Source: Blasia pusilla
Taxonomy: Eukaryota
Length of the DNA stretch: 64,000 nucleotides
Reading direction: 5' to 3'
NCBI GenBank assembly: GCA_050084515.1
Contig: CM114271.1
Span: 16,368,001-16,432,000 of the forward strand
The notes under the pieces were generated by a model. It ran no database searches and was not told the origin of the DNA. It worked only from the letters and a program-made list of their open reading frames with translations. A program made the translations under genes and the position numbers. This document shows positions 59,821 to 64,000 of the stretch, piece after piece (the first letter of the stretch is position 1; each line of letters opens with the position of its first letter).

Positions 59821-62346
59821 TCCTCACCTTAAATACCCCTTGGAAAATCTAAAAGAGACCCCCATCCCAAAAGACTAACCAAATTAGTAACATACACACA
59901 AATGTCACAAGTTAAGCATTGGCCCAATAAATCGTTTGCTGTGAAATACAAAAGTAGAGAATTGGTAGAAAAGATCAATCTCAATGCAATAGCGCTGATC
60001 TCAAATGTCATGTGACCACACATGAAAAAAAATACAACCAAACATCACGCTAACTCTCTACCTCGCTGACATGGTAGAACTCCAAAAACTCCAACAATCT
60101 CCTCAATTATGATGTAACAATTCTTAAGAAATGATTATTTTCATTCACTCATCACTAAATTTGCTTGCTTGTCCATCTATTTTCCCATAATCTAGGTCTT
60201 CTATTTTGTTGTTTCATTTTCCCATGGAATACAAATCTAACTAAATTTCAGCCTTCTACTATATTATTAAAGAAATGCCTCAAATTAAAAAAAAAGAAAC
60301 TTTTTTTAATCCCTTCAAAAGATCAATTTTTGGTGTCTAATGGGGAAGAAAAAACCATGATGGAATGCAAAAGTTGAATCAAACACATGGAACTTATACA
60401 TAATTTCCTATGCAAATAAATCTAGTTAGGGACCCTATTAAAATGCAATTTTTGATAATCCTCATATTATGCCATAAGGTTTATAGCACTAGTAAGGAAT
60501 CTTATTGGGTTGTGCCACGCATGGATACTTGTTTAGTAATTCAGATTTCAATTTCGTTCTCCTGACCAATCTCTTTGGATGACCCCAAAAGTATTTTAGG
60601 AAGTAGTGACACGTGTCAGACACAAGAGCTAAAAAAAAAAACTACATCCTCCAATTAATTTGTAGAATATAAAGTTGGGATATGATAAGAATAGAATCCA
60701 TGAATAGTGGGTTTTTTTTCTTCATTTCTGCTAAAGACTTCCTAATAATTATGAGTCTCCTCTTACCTTTTTCATTGATATTAAGGATGGAATATAGTTG
60801 TAATATAGAAAAGTATTACTTACCTATGCAATGCACTTGGCTGCAATTTCCTATATTGCATCTCTTTGTTTGCGGAATTGTTATGCAAGAGTATTCCGGT
60901 TTATACCATTTTAAGTGAATACATTGCACTTGGTGTGGCCATCACACTTGGTACAAATATAGTAGATCAAATTAGTTTGATAACATAGCTATTTTGAAAT
61001 ATTTAAGTTCAAAATATTATGGTAATGAAAAAAATAGGAAATAATTCTTGGATAAAAAATAAAAAATTGATAACGAAAAAGAAATGGAAATGGAAAATCT
61101 TGGAAAAAAAAGAAGATGAAATTCCAACAAGATAAAACAAACCCAAATAAAATCTCAACGGAGTCTAACTTCCATGGAATTTCATGGGGGAAACTCCAAC
61201 AACTAAAAAACATAACAAGGTTTGGAAAACCTTCCAACAAAGGTAATCCAATGATGGAAATCTCATTGGAAAAGTCTTTCGAGAGAAATTTCAACGACTA
61301 TTTCCATTGAAAAAAATCTCACCAAAAAAATCTTATGCAAGCACAATTCTTACATCACTCCCAAAAATATGGAGCCGTTTGAAACATTTGAACACATCAC
61401 AACAATAAAATTAAACATGAAAAAAACCATTTGCATTACATGTAAACCTCAAGAATTTATCCCAATAGGAAAGGATGCAAACAATATGAAAGCTTTTGTG
61501 AACCTTCATGACAACATAGTCTTCCATGTATTCTCAATCCAAACATCCACACTATCTTCTCGCGGGTCACATGTTCATTAATTCCAAAAGTCGCATCATA
61601 TTGCTTTCAATACTAAGACTTGAACTTTTCTCATCATGTGACTAGTGTATATACATGATGCACATGGAGGTTATATGTGGATGGTTCAAATAGAACTGTC
61701 AATTGGCAGCGTCTAAAACTAAGTAGGAGGGCTCACAATAACACTTTCTCATGTTTCTTACATTCTAGTGGCAACGCTCGAAGGCCATAAAGGTATTTAT
61801 TGCCTACAAGGGCAGCTTGAGCAAGGGCAACCTAGCCCACCAAAAGATTGAACCAGGAGAATTCAAACCCAATCCATCCATTCACATCTACAAATGGGAT
61901 TTGATATTTATTTATGAAAATCACTTTTTCTAACCTGCCCAAGCCTTTTCGTCCATAATAACAGGGCCTTGAGGCCCTGGTATTATGGACGAAAAGGCAT
62001 GCAATTGGATGTTCATGTGTTTCCACACAAATAAATAATTATTATAATGAAGAATTTCCACCCAAGACCATCCTAAATAGCAAAAGAAAACCTGAGTGCC
62101 ATTTGGAAGAATATACTTCGGCCAAAGTAGCTCAAAATCGTAGGAGTAGAGAGATGCTCGTGAAAACGAAGATGAATAGCCATTTAAAATTTATTCTCAA
62201 AGTGGGGCCTACTTTCTTAATTTGGCTTGTTTTCCTATGTATGGTTGATCACAAATACGGATACAATTTACTAGAACTAATAGACTTGGAGCTCCAGATG
62301 AAATTTTGATTACCCGTTAAGGCTCCATCCAAGAATGACCACAACG

Positions 62347-62465
62347 AGTGTGACTTAAATGATAAAAACACCAAACAACTTTACCGTGTATGGTCGGACA
62401 GTAGAGTGTAGCTTAAATGATGGAAAAATCAAATAACTTTACGAGTGTATGGTCCAACAGTAGTC
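62347..62465. repeat. Degenerate ~58-bp tandem duplication
   Basis: gagtgt..cttaaatgat...actttac..gtgtatggtc..acagta occurs twice. Confidence 0.6.
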
Positions 62466-64000
62466 TGTGCACCTATAGATGGTAAGTCACTTTTCTTTGA
62501 GGAAGTGTTACATGTATTGCAATTGTGAATAATTTTCTCATCAACCTTCACATGATTCAGATAAATGTATTGCAAGGTTAGAGACAATGGGAACTGCAGT
62601 TCCTACACGACTTTTCTTGAATCCTGATCTGTCCAATCATACTAGGAGGGTATTCACCCGTGATACAATTGTCCATCACACCTCCTCCATGTTTCACATG
62701 TGCAAGAATTCACCTCCATTGACACCAGAAACTTCATGGAGTGTGGCTTGTTATCTTGCAAGCATGTAAAAGAGGACGGATCAAGTCTAAATTTCAAATT
62801 AAGTAAGCAAGATGCCAATTTCCTCATTATCATGAAAAAGGTGATGGCTTGTGCCAACTTCCACACACTATCAAAAGAGATGACAGAACTCCCTTTGAGT
62901 TGTGTTGTTTTAGTGCTGAACTCAGATTGTCTTCTATTGCCTTTTTCCTTCCTTGGTTGACCAGTATAAACCCTCTCCATCACTTGCAGCATGAGAATAT
63001 CCTTTTTCATCGCCCTTGACCAACGACCCTATCTCACACACAATCGTATTAAAAAGTTAAGTAAAAGGTTAAGGCACCCCTCCAATGCTCCTTATCCCAA
63101 CCTCAGATGGAAGCTCCGAACTGATAACTTGACCTCGCAGAATAGGGAAGGACAGGCTAAAACCATTCAGCGGATTAACCTAATTGATCGACTGAATTCA
63201 CCTTCCGGTACTATAAACCCCAACTGCTGACCCCACCCTAACATGATGCATTAAGTCCGAGTAAGGAAGGCTTAGATAGACCATTCAGCTGATTCACTTC
63301 GTCTAAAATCCAGTGATATAAACCCAACTCATGATCTCATAATAAGATGAGACACTCCGTCTAATTTAGAGAGGCAGACGATCAACTCTGGACTCCCCAT
63401 TCTCTAGACATGGCATCTTTATCCTAGGCAGGATGAGGACTGTCACAGGACAATTGTAAGCCCAAAGCAACATGAAATACCTGGTGAAGCATGATCATGA
63501 TGCAACTGATGCTGCTGCACATTTCAAGTAACATGACCCTTCATCAGAATCACAAACACAGAAAACTTTGAAATCAATTCACTCTAATGTCTACAAGCCT
63601 TCTTGTTGGTGGACCCTACCTCGTTCATGAGCAAGGAGATACTACTGGATCACAAGCTTCCGAGAACGGAAATTCCATCTCAATTTTCTGTTTTCCATTA
63701 TGCATTCTTTCTCCATGAACAATTCTCTCTGGTACCACCCTGCCTCACTATTGGATACTAGAAGGAAGATCGACATGAAGGGATATATTTGGCAAATGAG
63801 GGAAGGACTTCCTAATTATCCATTCCTTTCGCAGCTTTGTGAGGCCTTCCTTAATTGCTGAGATCCCAAGCCCTTGGCATGCGGTCATGATACCAGTGAG
63901 GAAAAAGTTTCTAGGATCCTTGCAAGGTGTAGAACATCTGCTAGGTCAACACATGACTTTGGAGCAACTCATCACACTATGGTTGAGACATAATTGGACT

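Noticed and set aside
62500-64000. Gene or transposase fragment at the window end
   Set aside because: Short ORFs without identifiable motifs.

Overview
Intron-containing nuclear DNA of a land plant (possibly a bryophyte, which cannot be confirmed from sequence alone). It holds three host genes: chloroplast Clp adaptor CLPF (9 exons), a single-exon F-box gene and a PUX10-like UBX gene (4 exons). The rest is mostly decayed mobile DNA: a nested Ty3/Gypsy pol fragment, a solo LTR family, an autonomous-type Helitron relic with a palindrome array, a mini-Helitron, a hAT remnant and a small nad4 NUMT. The highlight is a Ty3/Gypsy-type family present in four copies (1-4870, 22589-32627, 51600-53653, ~55965-59820). 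Its polyprotein reads Gag-protease-C5 cytosine methyltransferase-RT-RNase H-DDE integrase-PHD finger. Its termini are split repeats (A-internal-B-A-B) rather than ordinary LTRs. The TG...CA integration ends lie inside the true LTR (B+A), and the primer-binding site is complementary to the element's own predicted transcript 5' end. Together these suggest a self-priming, methyltransferase-carrying retrotransposon that integrates from a 2-LTR circle (inference). All copies carry stops or frameshifts.
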